The notes: a model not told the origin generated them from the letters alone. A stretch of 63,104 nucleotides of DNA, filler included, from Limisphaerales bacterium (GCA_044225505.1; 4 parts of 4 records of this genome joined end to end with filler, not necessarily neighbours in it); one strand, 5' to 3'; positions 48,519-58,643 are shown, counted from the first letter of the whole stretch. Made by a program: numbers and translations.

Positions 48519-49591
48519 CCCACCTTCTGACCGCGCCGGTCAGGAAGCTGAGCCGTTGCGGACAGCGATGCCAACTGGATGATTCTGCCATCCGCCGCTT
48601 GGCGTTCGTAGGTTTCCAGCGAGGGCAACTTCACTTGCGCGCGCCGCGCGTATGCTCGATGCACTGCCTTGCTGTTGTGGCCGAGTGCCTCTTGGGCGAA
48701 ACGTTCGGGGTAGCCGCACTGCTTTGCGCGTTCCGCCCAAGCGTATCTGTAAGAATGCAGGGATACTCCTTTGACGCCCAGCCCTTCGCATCGTTGCTTA
48801 AACTCTGTCGCCCGATCGCCGCAACGGACGGTATGCAGATAGGGGAACAGCGGACCAACTACCGGCAGCCGGCGGAGAACCGCTTCGATTTCGTCTCCAA
48901 AGTGGATCATTGCCAGGCTGCCGGTCTTCTGCCGGTTGTAGGCGATGGTCCGGTTGGGCCAGTCAATGTCCTCGGCCTTGAGGTTGGCGATGTCCGTTTG
49001 CGAGCCGCCCAGATGCCAGCAGAGTTCGTAGAAGCTCTGTCGCTCGGGGTTCTTCTCTCGCTCAATGATCCGCTGATGTTCCTCCAGCGTGATGGCGCGC
49101 TTGGGTTGAAACCGGACTTCCGGCCAGAGTCGCTTCGGAATGATCGGCCACGGCAGCCAGTTCATCGCGAGGCAGAAGTTGTGGAGCTTGCGCAAGTGGA
49201 CGTTGGTGCTGACCGTGCCAGCCTTGAGGCAGGCGAGCAGTTGCTCGGCTTGGGTTTCAAGGATGACCTTCCCGCGAATCAGGTCGAGCGCCGACTCCTT
49301 CGCCGCCCGAACCCAGCGGTCTTTGGTCGAACCCTCCTTGTTTTCAATGATCGCGTTCAGGGCGTCCTGCCAGGTCCGCGTGGAGACGCCGGAATCCGTC
49401 CCCGCCAGGTAGGCTTTGGCAATGTGGAGATTGAGTTGGGGCTGGCGAAACGATTCGTTGCGGGCATTGAGCAGAGTGGTCGCTTCGGCGCGGTCTTTTG
49501 TTCCGAGGCTCTCCTGTTTGCCAGTTTCGGAATCGTGGGCGTAGAACATGCCGCCCTTCTTGCGGCGGTAGAGGCGGAATCGGTTTTTCAT
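48515..49591 (-). CDS. Tyrosine recombinase/integrase
   Basis: N-terminal arm-binding-like region (QESLGTKDRAEA); K222, H279-x-x-R282, H305, Y314; directly downstream of tRNA-Cys. Confidence 0.88.
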   Translation of the reverse strand: MKNRFRLYRRKKGGMFYAHDSETGKQESLGTKDRAEATTLLNARNESFRQPQLNLHIAKAYLAGTDSGVSTRTWQDALNAIIENKEGSTKDRWVRAAKESALDLIRGKVILETQAEQLLACLKAGTVSTNVHLRKLHNFCLAMNWLPWPIIPKRLWPEVRFQPKRAITLEEHQRIIEREKNPERQSFYELCWHLGGSQTDIANLKAEDIDWPNRTIAYNRQKTGSLAMIHFGDEIEAVLRRLPVVGPLFPYLHTVRCGDRATEFKQRCEGLGVKGVSLHSYRYAWAERAKQCGYPERFAQEALGHNSKAVHRAYARRAQVKLPSLETYERQAADGRIIQLASLSATAQLPDRRGQKVG

Positions 49592-49734
49592 GGCTCGAAT
49601 TTTTTGTTCGAGCCTGCCAAGCGAGGACGAGGGGCAGGTGTCTCAATGACACCAAACGCACGGCCAATTGCGTTTCAGCAAGTCGTGCCGGAGTGATTGC
49701 GGAGTTGTTGTTGAGTAATTCCGAGTCACAAATC

Positions 49735-49757
49735 TGCTGGCACTTTTGCTGGCACTT
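49735..49757. repeat. Tandem 11-bp direct repeat, candidate integrase arm-type sites
   Basis: TGCTGGCACTT at 49735-49745 and 49747-49757, between the tRNA 3' end and the integrase. Confidence 0.6.
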
Positions 49758-49803
49758 GAGGGCTGTGAGATTCGTAACTCCTTGTCCAAACAGTGTTTGG
49801 AAT

Positions 49804-49878
49804 TGGAGGCGAGGGTCGGAATCGAACCGACGCATAAGGCTTTTGCAGAGCCCTGCCTTACCACTTGGCTACCCCGCC
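49804..49878 (-). tRNA. tRNA-Cys (GCA)
   Basis: GGCGGGGTAGCCAAGTGGTAAGGCAGGGCTCTGCAAAAGCCTTATGCGTCGGTTCGATTCCGACCCTCGCCTCCA; cloverleaf, U discriminator, encoded CCA. Confidence 0.97.
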
Positions 49879-50099
49879 ATCCCTCACGAGCAGCGCTGAA
49901 GATAGGGTGGTTTACCTGACACGCAAGACTTTATTCCTCACGATGCTATCCCGTTCCTCCTCTCGCGATTCCGTCCATTTCTGCGGTTCGGTTCCAAAAA
50001 CAATTCTCCTGAACGACTTTTGGCTCTGAACCTTTCAGTTTTTCAGGGTTTCGACTTTTCCGCCGACGCCTCGGGGCTTTTGCCGTTAGGGTCTTATCG

Positions 50100-51026
50100 T
50101 TATGGTTCTGCCCAGCCTAACTTGGCGCGCTGACGCCAAAGATCGCGCGGCTTAAAGATCCCCGCCGGCGTGATGATCCCCGTAATTAATTCGGCTGGCG
50201 TCACGTCGAATCCCGGATTCACAGCTCCACTCGTCGGATTCGCCACGCGAACTTGTTCGCGTCGCCCCCTGCGCGTTACGCCCCAGGCCCCTGTCACTTC
50301 GTTTTCATCCCGTTCTTCAATCGGGATTTGCATCCCATCAGTCAGGGTCCAATCGAGCGTCGATAACGGGATGGCAACGTAGAAGGGGATTCTGTGTCGA
50401 TGCGCCAAAACCGCTCGTGTATAAGTGCCAATCTTGTTGGCCACTTCGCCAGACCGTCCCAAGGTGCGATCGCTCCCCACAATGACCAGGTCCACTTCCC
50501 CGCGCTGCATGAGATGGCCCGCAGCGTTGTCCGCTACGATCTGATGCGAAACGCCTTGGTTGGCCAACTCCCAGGCAGTGAGAGTCGCGCCTTGGCTGCG
50601 AGGCCGCGTTTCCGAACAAAAGACATGAAAATCAATGCCGCGGGCTTGCGCTTCGTACATTGGGGCCGTCGCGGAACCGATATCGACAAAGGCCAACCAC
50701 CCTGCATTGCAATGGGTGAGCACTTTCATCCCAGGCTGGATGAGTTTCACGCCGTTCTCGCCGATCGCTCGGCAATGGTCCACATCCTCTTCGGCGAACT
50801 GGTGGGCGCCTTGGGCCAGGCCATAAGCCGCGGTGGCTCCGATCGCCCCGGCCCCACGCACAATCATGTCTTTGATGGCGCGAGCAGTGCCGATGTAATC
50901 CGGGATGGAGACGACCTTGAACTGATGAGGGAGAAGACGTTGCTCGATGAGCAAAATGGCGTTGCGCTCGCGATCGAAACGAACGGTGCGATGCGGGACC
51001 TTTCGCCGACCGATAGTGACATTCAT
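50100..51026 (-). CDS. mtnA: Methylthioribose-1-phosphate isomerase with apparent in-frame internal deletion
   Basis: QRLLP, VRGAGAIG, LTHCNAG, ETRP, NKIGTY and FDVTP present; RPTAV segment absent. Confidence 0.88.
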   Translation of the reverse strand: MNVTIGRRKVPHRTVRFDRERNAILLIEQRLLPHQFKVVSIPDYIGTARAIKDMIVRGAGAIGATAAYGLAQGAHQFAEEDVDHCRAIGENGVKLIQPGMKVLTHCNAGWLAFVDIGSATAPMYEAQARGIDFHVFCSETRPRSQGATLTAWELANQGVSHQIVADNAAGHLMQRGEVDLVIVGSDRTLGRSGEVANKIGTYTRAVLAHRHRIPFYVAIPLSTLDWTLTDGMQIPIEERDENEVTGAWGVTRRGRREQVRVANPTSGAVNPGFDVTPAELITGIITPAGIFKPRDLWRQRAKLGWAEP

Positions 51027-51066
51027 AAGCGAAAACCCGGCGCGGACGACGAAGGGAGCAGCCCGG

Positions 51067-51483
51067 TCACCGCACCCGGATTCGGAGGGTGCGGAATTTG
51101 GCCCGCATTTTCAAGTATTGCGGATGGCGCCGGACGTTGCGCAGGTCGGGATCCGCCGCGAGCCATTTGAAATCACGATACCCGAGGAGCAACGCTTTCT
51201 CGAGGGCGATGAGCGCGTCCTGAACCCTGTCCATCAAGGAGTAACTGCAAGCGAGATTATAGAGAACCAGAGAATCTTCGGGACGGAGTTCCGCAAGTCG
51301 TTCGTCAATGCGAAGGCCATCCCGATAGCGCCCGCGACGTGTGTAATCGTCCCCCAAGATCTGGAGAGCTTCCAGATAACCTGGATCGCGATCGACCACG
51401 CCCTCGATGAAGCCGATCTCAATATCGAGGTTGCGCTGTTCCCGGCGCGTCAGCTTTTTTTGAACTGAACTTTTCTTCGGCAT
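51067..51483 (-). CDS. TPR-repeat protein
   Basis: LGDDYT, YNLACSYS, DPDL. Confidence 0.82.
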   Translation of the reverse strand: MPKKSSVQKKLTRREQRNLDIEIGFIEGVVDRDPGYLEALQILGDDYTRRGRYRDGLRIDERLAELRPEDSLVLYNLACSYSLMDRVQDALIALEKALLLGYRDFKWLAADPDLRNVRRHPQYLKMRAKFRTLRIRVR

Positions 51484-51626
51484 ACGCTGGCTGCGCATAA
51501 TTGCACAACGGGTTTTCAAGTCAAGAGTGTGTGGGATAAATTCTGATCAGGGGCTCGGGGTTTCCAGCATAGAGCCCAGGATTTGCGTTGCAATCGAGGG
51601 TGTGAACCCGCCAATAAAAGCTTTGA

Positions 51627-52637
51627 ATGAAATGTTTTGTGACGGGCGGCTCCGGGTTTGTCGGGGCCAATCTGGTGCACGAACTGAATGCCCATGGGCA
51701 TGACGTGCGGGTGCTCCTGCGACCGGGGAGTGACCGGGGTGGTCTGGCCGGAGCGGTGTATGAGCCTGTGGCTGGAGGACTTGAAGATCAGACTGCGCTC
51801 GACCAAGGCTTAAAAGGCTGCGACTGGTGTTTCCACGTGGCGGCGAGTTACCATTTGTGGTTGAAGGATTACGCTCCGATGTATGCCGCCAATGTGGAAG
51901 GCACGCGACGTGTGCTGGAAGCCGCCGCGCGCGCGGGTTGCGCGCGGATTGTCTACACCAGCACGGTCGGATGCATCGGCTTGCCTAATCCAAAAAACGG
52001 CATTTGGGATCCGACCGACGAAACCACCCCGGTCTCGGAAGGGCAGATGTCGAACCATTACAAACGGTCCAAATGGCAAGCGGAAGTTGTGGCGCGGGAT
52101 TTGGCCGCGCGCGGGTTGCCGATCGTGATTGTCAATCCGACTGCGCCGATCGGACCGCGGGATGTCAAACCGACGCCAACGGGTCAGGTGATTGTCGATT
52201 TCCTCAACGGCGCGATGCCTGGCTATGTCGATACCGGCCTGAACTGGGTGCACGTGCGGGATGTGGCGCGGGGACACATTCGCGCGGCGGAACGTGGGCG
52301 CATCGGGGAACGTTACATTCTGGGAAATAGCGAAGGGAATTGGTCGATGCAAAAGACGTTTGAGGTGTTGGCGGAATTGACGGGATTGCCCGCACCGAAG
52401 CTGCGCGTGCCTTATGGGGTGGCGTTAATGGCCGCGTATGTGAATGAAGCGATCGCCCAGGTCACTGGGAAACCTCCCAAAGCGCCGTTGGCCGGAGTGC
52501 GCATGGCCAAATACAAAATGTTTTTCAAACCGGACAAGGCCATCCGTGAATTGGAGCTGCCCCAAACGCCGCCGCGTGCGGCGCTGACGGACGCCATCGC
52601 ATGGTTCCGGGAGAAGGGGTATGCGCAGAAAATCTGA
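51627..52637 (+). CDS. hpnA: Hopanoid-associated NAD-dependent epimerase/dehydratase
   Basis: TGGSGFVG, HVAASY.LW, YKRSK, GPRDVKPTPTG, GERYILG. Confidence 0.82.
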   Translation: MKCFVTGGSGFVGANLVHELNAHGHDVRVLLRPGSDRGGLAGAVYEPVAGGLEDQTALDQGLKGCDWCFHVAASYHLWLKDYAPMYAANVEGTRRVLEAAARAGCARIVYTSTVGCIGLPNPKNGIWDPTDETTPVSEGQMSNHYKRSKWQAEVVARDLAARGLPIVIVNPTAPIGPRDVKPTPTGQVIVDFLNGAMPGYVDTGLNWVHVRDVARGHIRAAERGRIGERYILGNSEGNWSMQKTFEVLAELTGLPAPKLRVPYGVALMAAYVNEAIAQVTGKPPKAPLAGVRMAKYKMFFKPDKAIRELELPQTPPRAALTDAIAWFREKGYAQKI

Positions 52638-52806
52638 AACGCTGAAAACTGAACGTTGAAATTGAGATGTCCGTCGGAGGCGGTTTTTGAGGATCGCCAC
52701 CGTCACGGTCCGGGCAGGACTCGGAGAGTGAGCCAATCCAAAGGACCAGCGGTGAAGCGCCGGACCTTGTCGCGAGTCCTGTCTGGGAATGGAAAGGAGA
52801 AACGAC

Positions 52807-53379
52807 TTATGGCGTCGCGAGAGCTGGCAGCTCCATAAACGCGTAGCAGAGCATGTGGCAGATGCCCATATGCGCATCTTCAACTCGGCCGTAATGCTCG
52901 GAATCAATCACGATGACGTGATTGGCAATCTCCGCGAGCCGACCCCGCTTCTTCCCGACCAGCGCGATCGTGACCAATCCGTTCTTCGCGGACCACTCCA
53001 GGGCGCGCACGAGATTGGGAGAGTTACCACTGACACTCATCACGAGAACGACGTCGCCGCGTCGTCCATAGTTTCCTAACTGCCGGACAAAAACATCTTC
53101 GTAGCAATAGTCGTTGCCGAGCGCGGTCATCCAGCTGACGTTGTCGTTGAGCGACAGGCAACGGAATCGTTTGCCGATCTTGTCTGAGGCGCCTTTGCCA
53201 AGGTCCGTAATGAAGTGCGACGCGTTAGCCGCACTGCCGCCATTGCCAAAGACGAAGATTTGGCGATCTTCTTGCAACGCTTTGCGCAAGATCTCCACTA
53301 AATCACTGACGGCCTGCGCCGGGATAGAATCCAGAGCTGCTTTTTGACTCGCGATATACTTGGCGATCCAGTCTTTCAT
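52807..53379 (-). CDS. SIS-domain sugar phosphate isomerase (GmhA-like)
   Basis: GNGGSAANASH, TALGND, SVSGNSPN, VEDAH. Confidence 0.85.
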   Translation of the reverse strand: MKDWIAKYIASQKAALDSIPAQAVSDLVEILRKALQEDRQIFVFGNGGSAANASHFITDLGKGASDKIGKRFRCLSLNDNVSWMTALGNDYCYEDVFVRQLGNYGRRGDVVLVMSVSGNSPNLVRALEWSAKNGLVTIALVGKKRGRLAEIANHVIVIDSEHYGRVEDAHMGICHMLCYAFMELPALATP

Positions 53380-53424
53380 TTGCGGGGAATTATGGCTCGA
53401 CCCGGGCGGACAGCAAGCTTTGTC

Positions 53425-54351
53425 CTACGAGCCTGCGGCTGCTTTGGCCAACTCCAGCGCGCCGGCGGGCACAGCGTCTTCGCCCAATGCGGCCAGGGCT
53501 AATTTCGGTCCGGGTTGGAACGCGTCCATGAGAAAGCCAGGGAGCGCCTGGGCGACGGCCAGGCGGAGCGGTTCGCCGATGAGGGAAAGCCCGCCGCCAA
53601 TCACGATGATTTGGGGATGGAACAGATGCGCGACGTGAGAGAGTCCAAAAGCCAGATCCGCCGCGGTTTCATTTAGAATGGCCTGGGCATCCGCATCGCC
53701 TTGGGCCAGCGCTTGTCCGAGAAACTTGGCTTCGCCTCGTTGCGTCCCGGCGGTTAATTGACTGAGGAGAGTGTCCGGTTTCCGCTTTTTGAGAGCGCGG
53801 ATTTTCCGGTCGACCGCCCAGCCTGAGCACCTGGATTCCACGTAGGCTCCGCGGCGATCGAGGCGCACATGACCGATCTCCGCTTCGCCAGGGGCCATTC
53901 CGTGGTAAATCTGGCCATTGACGGTCAGTCCGCCCCCGACGCCACTCCCGAGGGTGACATAGAAAACCGGGTCAGCCCCCTGCCCTGCACCGTGGAGCGC
54001 TTCGCCAAGCGCCGCGGTATTGGCATCGTTGTCGACGCGGACAGGAGCTCCGGTTAACTGGCGCAGCCAATCGCCCAGTTCAAAATCAGCCCAGCCTTTG
54101 ACTTGATGCGAACAACAGATTTTGCCTGTCCGCCAATCGACAGGGCCGCCAAAACCGACGCCTACACCGCGCAAGACAGCTTTCGCGCGAGCCTCGCCCA
54201 CCACAGCTTGGATCTCGTCCCGTATGCCAGCGCCGCCCTTGGCCACGTCCACGGGGGACCGCCAACGATGGACGATGCGACCGGACGCATCGCCCAATAC
54301 GATAGGCAACTTGCTGCCGCCGATCTCGATGCCGAGATAAAGCTCTTCCAT
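53425..54351 (-). CDS. ROK family sugar kinase
   Basis: EIGGSK, NDANTAALGE, GSGVGGG, EIGH. Confidence 0.9.
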   Translation of the reverse strand: MEELYLGIEIGGSKLPIVLGDASGRIVHRWRSPVDVAKGGAGIRDEIQAVVGEARAKAVLRGVGVGFGGPVDWRTGKICCSHQVKGWADFELGDWLRQLTGAPVRVDNDANTAALGEALHGAGQGADPVFYVTLGSGVGGGLTVNGQIYHGMAPGEAEIGHVRLDRRGAYVESRCSGWAVDRKIRALKKRKPDTLLSQLTAGTQRGEAKFLGQALAQGDADAQAILNETAADLAFGLSHVAHLFHPQIIVIGGGLSLIGEPLRLAVAQALPGFLMDAFQPGPKLALAALGEDAVPAGALELAKAAAGS

Positions 54352-54527
54352 GGGCGGGAGTCAACCATGAGGATGTGCGGCCGGACAAGAAGGAAGTCAT
54401 GGTTCAGTTTCGGCGAATGGCAATGAGGGCGCGGCTGTAACTGAAAGACTTGTTGCGGTCCGTGGAACTTGCGGCGGCTAGTCTGCGCCACACCGCGCTC
54501 CGCCCAAATGACCGCGCCTTCCACCCG

Positions 54528-54932
54528 CTATTTGGCCGACCAAGGGATGAACTGCAAGCCGGGTTTTACCATGGGCATCGAAGCGTCGCGCTCACTCGAC
54601 ATTAAGGCCCGATCATCCACGTGCGGCTCGGGGACGATGACTAAGCCGTGGAACGGAAGGGTTTGGTAAATCCCCGGCTTTAGCTCCTGAGCGGCAGCGG
54701 GCCTATTCGTTCGAGCCAACGCCAAGGCCAACGGAGCCTGAGGCGCGCCCAGACGGAGGGGTTTCGCGCTGTTGGTCCGCGGTGGAGTCACAAGAAAATC
54801 GGGAGTGCGCCAATTCCAGAGCGGCGGCGGGCGGGGCGCCGGCGCCGAAGGAACAGCAGGAGAGGCCGATTGCGCAACGAGGGCCAGCGGGACGGACAGA
54901 GCCAGTGCGATGTAAAGGCACGAGGTCTTCAT
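54528..54932 (-). CDS. Secreted Pro-rich hypothetical protein
   Basis: ATG start, signal peptide, LKPGIYQT.P...LVIVP. Confidence 0.6.
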   Translation of the reverse strand: MKTSCLYIALALSVPLALVAQSASPAVPSAPAPRPPPLWNWRTPDFLVTPPRTNSAKPLRLGAPQAPLALALARTNRPAAAQELKPGIYQTLPFHGLVIVPEPHVDDRALMSSERDASMPMVKPGLQFIPWSAK

Positions 54933-54996
54933 ACCACTTTAGACGGGATCGCACATCAAACCCTCCCGTGATTTGCCGCTTTACGAAGTGCGGCTC

Positions 54997-57900
54997 ATGT
55001 CAGAGATTTTGCGGGTGCAAGTCCGTTTTCTGCTCGGGCCGTCGGGGAGCGGCAAGACATTCCGGTGCGTCGCGGAAGCGCGGGAAGTGCTGCTCCGCGC
55101 GCCCATTGGGGCGCCGCTTCTGTTCCTCGCACCAAAACAAGCCACTTTTCAGATTGAGCGGATGTTGCTTTCCGACCCGAGCTTAGGTGGATATACGCGC
55201 CTGAAAATACTGTCCTTCGACCGGTTGGCAGAGCTCGTTCTAAGTGAGGCGGGCCAGCAACCCCGACTCGTGAGTGAGGAAGGGCGTTTAATGGTGTTGC
55301 GGGCGTTGCTTTCCCAGCATCGGACGGAGCTTAAACTGTTCCGTGCCACCGCCCGCTTGCGTGGGTTTGCCCAGCAATTGAGTGGCATCATTCGCGAACT
55401 GCAACACGCCCAATTATCACCCGATCAGTTGCTGCAGCTCGGGAGTCGCTTGGGACAATCCAGCGCGTTGAGCCTCAAGTTGCACGATCTAGCGGCGCTG
55501 CTGCAAGCGTACCTGGGCTGGTTGAAAGAGCGCGAGTTGAAGGATGCGGACCAGATGCTGAGCTTGGCGACGGGCCTGCTCGAGTCGGGCGCAACGTCAG
55601 GGAACACGCTCGATCGCGAGACGCGCCGCAAAGACCGGGCGAGCTTCGAGCGACGCGCGGCCACTAACGCGCGTGAGGTCGTCTCCACGAGCGGGTTAGC
55701 GCGATTTGAAGCGCTCTGGCTCGATGGCTTTGCCGAACTGACGGCCCAAGAGTTTGCTTTCTTGAAAGCGATCATTCCCAGCTGTGCGCGAGTCACGTTG
55801 GCGTTCAATCTGGAACGAAGCGCCGTTGGCGCGCTGTCTTGGATGTCGCCCTGGGCGGTGGTGCATCGGACATACGAGGATCTGCGCGAGCGTTTGCAAG
55901 GGCAACGCGGCGTCGACCTAACGGTCGAGTGGATGGAGCGGGACGCGCAGCAGAATCGTTTCGCGGCGAGCCCCGTGCTTAAACACCTGGAGATGCACTG
56001 GTCGAGTCCGAGCCCTTACCACGTCGCAGAGACAGGCCAGGCCAACCCGGGGAAAGCGGGCGACATCGGAGAGAGCTTGCGCATCGTGAGTTGCTCGACG
56101 CCCGAGGCAGAAGCCAAAGAAGCGGCGCACGAAATCCTCCGCTTCGTCCGCAAGGGCGGGCGCTACCGAGACGTGGCAATCCTGGTGCGCCAGTTAGAAG
56201 GCTACGAAGATTCCGTCCGTCGCGTCTTCACGGATTACGAGATCCCCTTCTTCCTCGATCGTCGGGAACCGGTCGGCCATCACCCGCTCGCCGAACTGAC
56301 GAGGAACGGGTTTCGCACCGTGGCGTTGACCTGGCAACCGGACGACTGGTTCGGCGCGCTGAAGACTGGACTGGTGCACGGGTCTGAGGACGACATTGAC
56401 CGTCTCGAGAATGAAGCCTTGGCCCGAGGGTGGAGAGGCCAGGTTTGGTTGGACCGTATCCCGATCGCTGACGATCCCGAGTTGGAATCGTGGGTGGAGA
56501 CTCTCCGGGCGAAACTGGTGCCGCCGTTTGCGAAGTTCGCGCTAGCCCTAGGACCACGGCCCTCGGGAGTGCGCCTGGCGGAAGCACTCGTGGCTTTCTG
56601 GCATGACCTTGGCGTTGACACAGCATTGGAGGCTTGGAGTCAAAACGCCGAGCGCCTTAACCCGACAGATCCTGAAGCCCGAGTCCATCGAACGCTTTGG
56701 GACCAGATGCAAGGATGGCTTGAGAATGTGGCGTTGGCGTTTTCGAATGTCAGCCTCAGTTTGCGGGATTGGTTGCCTATCCTGGAAGCCGGTTTAGCCA
56801 ATCAAACCGTGGGTGTCATTCCGCCGACGCTTGACCAGGTATTGGTTGGGGCGGTTGACCGGTCGCGCAATCCCGATCTTCGGTTGGCCATTGTCTTGGG
56901 GATGAACGAGTCGGTTTTCCCGGCGCCGCCGGGAGAAACGACCTTGCTGACGTGCGTGGACCGAGAACAGTTGCTGGAGTTGGGGATTCGGCTGGGCGCT
57001 CGCACCAAGCAACAGATCGCGCAGGAAAGATATTTGGGCTATATCGCGTGCACGCGACCGCGGGAACGTCTGGTGTTGACCTTCGCCTTGCGAGACACGG
57101 AGGATCGCGCGCTCAACGCTTCGCCTTTTGTCGATCACCTGCGAAAACTGTTTCCGACTCTGGCGATAGAACGAGCGCTGGAGAGTCAGCCTTGGACGGC
57201 CTGCGAGCATCTCTGCGAATTGACCACGAAGGTCCTGGCGGATGAAGCGCGTGCGACGACGCCAGAGTTGCCGGACTGGTTGAGAAACCTTTCTCCTTTG
57301 GCCCAACTCCGGAATCGTTGGGCGGAGTTTAAATCCAGTCTCGGGCAGGCGACCTTGGCGCCCGTCTTGGCGGAGGCTCTATACGGCCCGAAGCTCGAGA
57401 CCTCCGTGAGCCGATTGGAAGAGTTTGCGGCGTGTCCATTTCGGTTCGCGCTGCGCTCGGGAATGCGCGCCGAGGAGCGAACGCTGTTCCAGCTGGACGT
57501 GCGACATCAGGGAAGCTTTCAACACGAGGTGTTAGCAACCTTCCACCAACAACTAAAAGCGGAAGGCAAGCGATGGCGGGATTTGAGCATCGCTGAAGCC
57601 CGCGGACGGATCGCGAAAGCGGCCGAGACTTTGCTGCCCGCGTACGGCGGAGGACTACTTCAGTCCAGCGAGCAGTCGCGGTTTGCGGCAGCAGCACTGA
57701 TCGCGGCGCTGCAGGATTTCATTGCGGTGATCATTGGATGGATGCCTCAATATCAGTTTGAGCCCCACGCGGTGGAACTGCCCTTTGGGATTGAAGAGAA
57801 GCCTCTTCCCGCTTGGGAGATCGACTTGGGCGAAGGACATCGACTCTCTTTTCGCGGAAAGATCGATCGGATCGATCTGTGGCGAGATCCGTCCCGCTCG

Positions 57901-58497
57901 GAGGCCTTGTGCGTGGTGATGGATTATAAATCAAGTGCGCGGCGGCTGGACCCTGTGCTGGTGGCCCACGGCATTCAACTTCAGCTGTTGGCTTACCTCA
58001 ACGTGCTGCGATCGCTGCCAACACCGGAACGTATTTTCGGCGTGAGGCAACTGATCCCAGCCGGTGTGTTCTTCGTGAATTTGCGCGGGCGCTACACGGC
58101 GGCTAAGAATCGCACCGAAGCACTGGCGGGAAGACAAACCGCGCGGACGGCCGCTTATCAACACTCCGGCCGATTCGACATCCAAGCATTATCTCAACTC
58201 GACAACCGCACCGAGGTTGACGCTGGAGATCAATTCAATTATCGCAGACGGAAGGACGGTCAAATCCATGGGGGCTGTCGCGAGCCGATGCCCACCGAGG
58301 AGTTTGCCAAACTACTGGATGGAATAGAAGGGCATCTGCGGCGTATGGGTCGGGACATCTACGCTGGGACAGTCAAACTCGATCCTTACCGGCGCGGGCA
58401 GGCGACGCCTTGCGATCAGTGCGACTATTCGTCGGTCTGCCGGATTGACCCTTGGCGACATAGCTACCGCGTATTGCAGGAAGCGCCGGAAGGGTGA
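54997..58497 (+). CDS. addB: ATP-dependent helicase/nuclease subunit B
   Basis: Walker A GPSGSGKT, DGF, RecB-type nuclease GKIDRID..DYKS, Fe-S Cys (ACPF...CDQCDYSSVC). Confidence 0.9.
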   Translation: MSEILRVQVRFLLGPSGSGKTFRCVAEAREVLLRAPIGAPLLFLAPKQATFQIERMLLSDPSLGGYTRLKILSFDRLAELVLSEAGQQPRLVSEEGRLMVLRALLSQHRTELKLFRATARLRGFAQQLSGIIRELQHAQLSPDQLLQLGSRLGQSSALSLKLHDLAALLQAYLGWLKERELKDADQMLSLATGLLESGATSGNTLDRETRRKDRASFERRAATNAREVVSTSGLARFEALWLDGFAELTAQEFAFLKAIIPSCARVTLAFNLERSAVGALSWMSPWAVVHRTYEDLRERLQGQRGVDLTVEWMERDAQQNRFAASPVLKHLEMHWSSPSPYHVAETGQANPGKAGDIGESLRIVSCSTPEAEAKEAAHEILRFVRKGGRYRDVAILVRQLEGYEDSVRRVFTDYEIPFFLDRREPVGHHPLAELTRNGFRTVALTWQPDDWFGALKTGLVHGSEDDIDRLENEALARGWRGQVWLDRIPIADDPELESWVETLRAKLVPPFAKFALALGPRPSGVRLAEALVAFWHDLGVDTALEAWSQNAERLNPTDPEARVHRTLWDQMQGWLENVALAFSNVSLSLRDWLPILEAGLANQTVGVIPPTLDQVLVGAVDRSRNPDLRLAIVLGMNESVFPAPPGETTLLTCVDREQLLELGIRLGARTKQQIAQERYLGYIACTRPRERLVLTFALRDTEDRALNASPFVDHLRKLFPTLAIERALESQPWTACEHLCELTTKVLADEARATTPELPDWLRNLSPLAQLRNRWAEFKSSLGQATLAPVLAEALYGPKLETSVSRLEEFAACPFRFALRSGMRAEERTLFQLDVRHQGSFQHEVLATFHQQLKAEGKRWRDLSIAEARGRIAKAAETLLPAYGGGLLQSSEQSRFAAAALIAALQDFIAVIIGWMPQYQFEPHAVELPFGIEEKPLPAWEIDLGEGHRLSFRGKIDRIDLWRDPSRSEALCVVMDYKSSARRLDPVLVAHGIQLQLLAYLNVLRSLPTPERIFGVRQLIPAGVFFVNLRGRYTAAKNRTEALAGRQTARTAAYQHSGRFDIQALSQLDNRTEVDAGDQFNYRRRKDGQIHGGCREPMPTEEFAKLLDGIEGHLRRMGRDIYAGTVKLDPYRRGQATPCDQCDYSSVCRIDPWRHSYRVLQEAPEG

Positions 58498-58643
58498 GAG
58501 ATTCCTGGTATTTCGCAGCCTGATCCTGATCTCTCCATCGGAGACACTGCCAAAGAACCAAACCCGCAGCGACAATTGCCTATTTTCGCGGAGCGTACAC
58601 CAGAAACGAAGATTCCGGCCTTTAACTCCAGGCGTCGGCTGAC

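Noticed and set aside
48512..49696. 394-aa plus-strand ORF
   Set aside because: Antisense shadow of the integrase; the many other long overlapping ORFs in the track are likewise high-GC shadows
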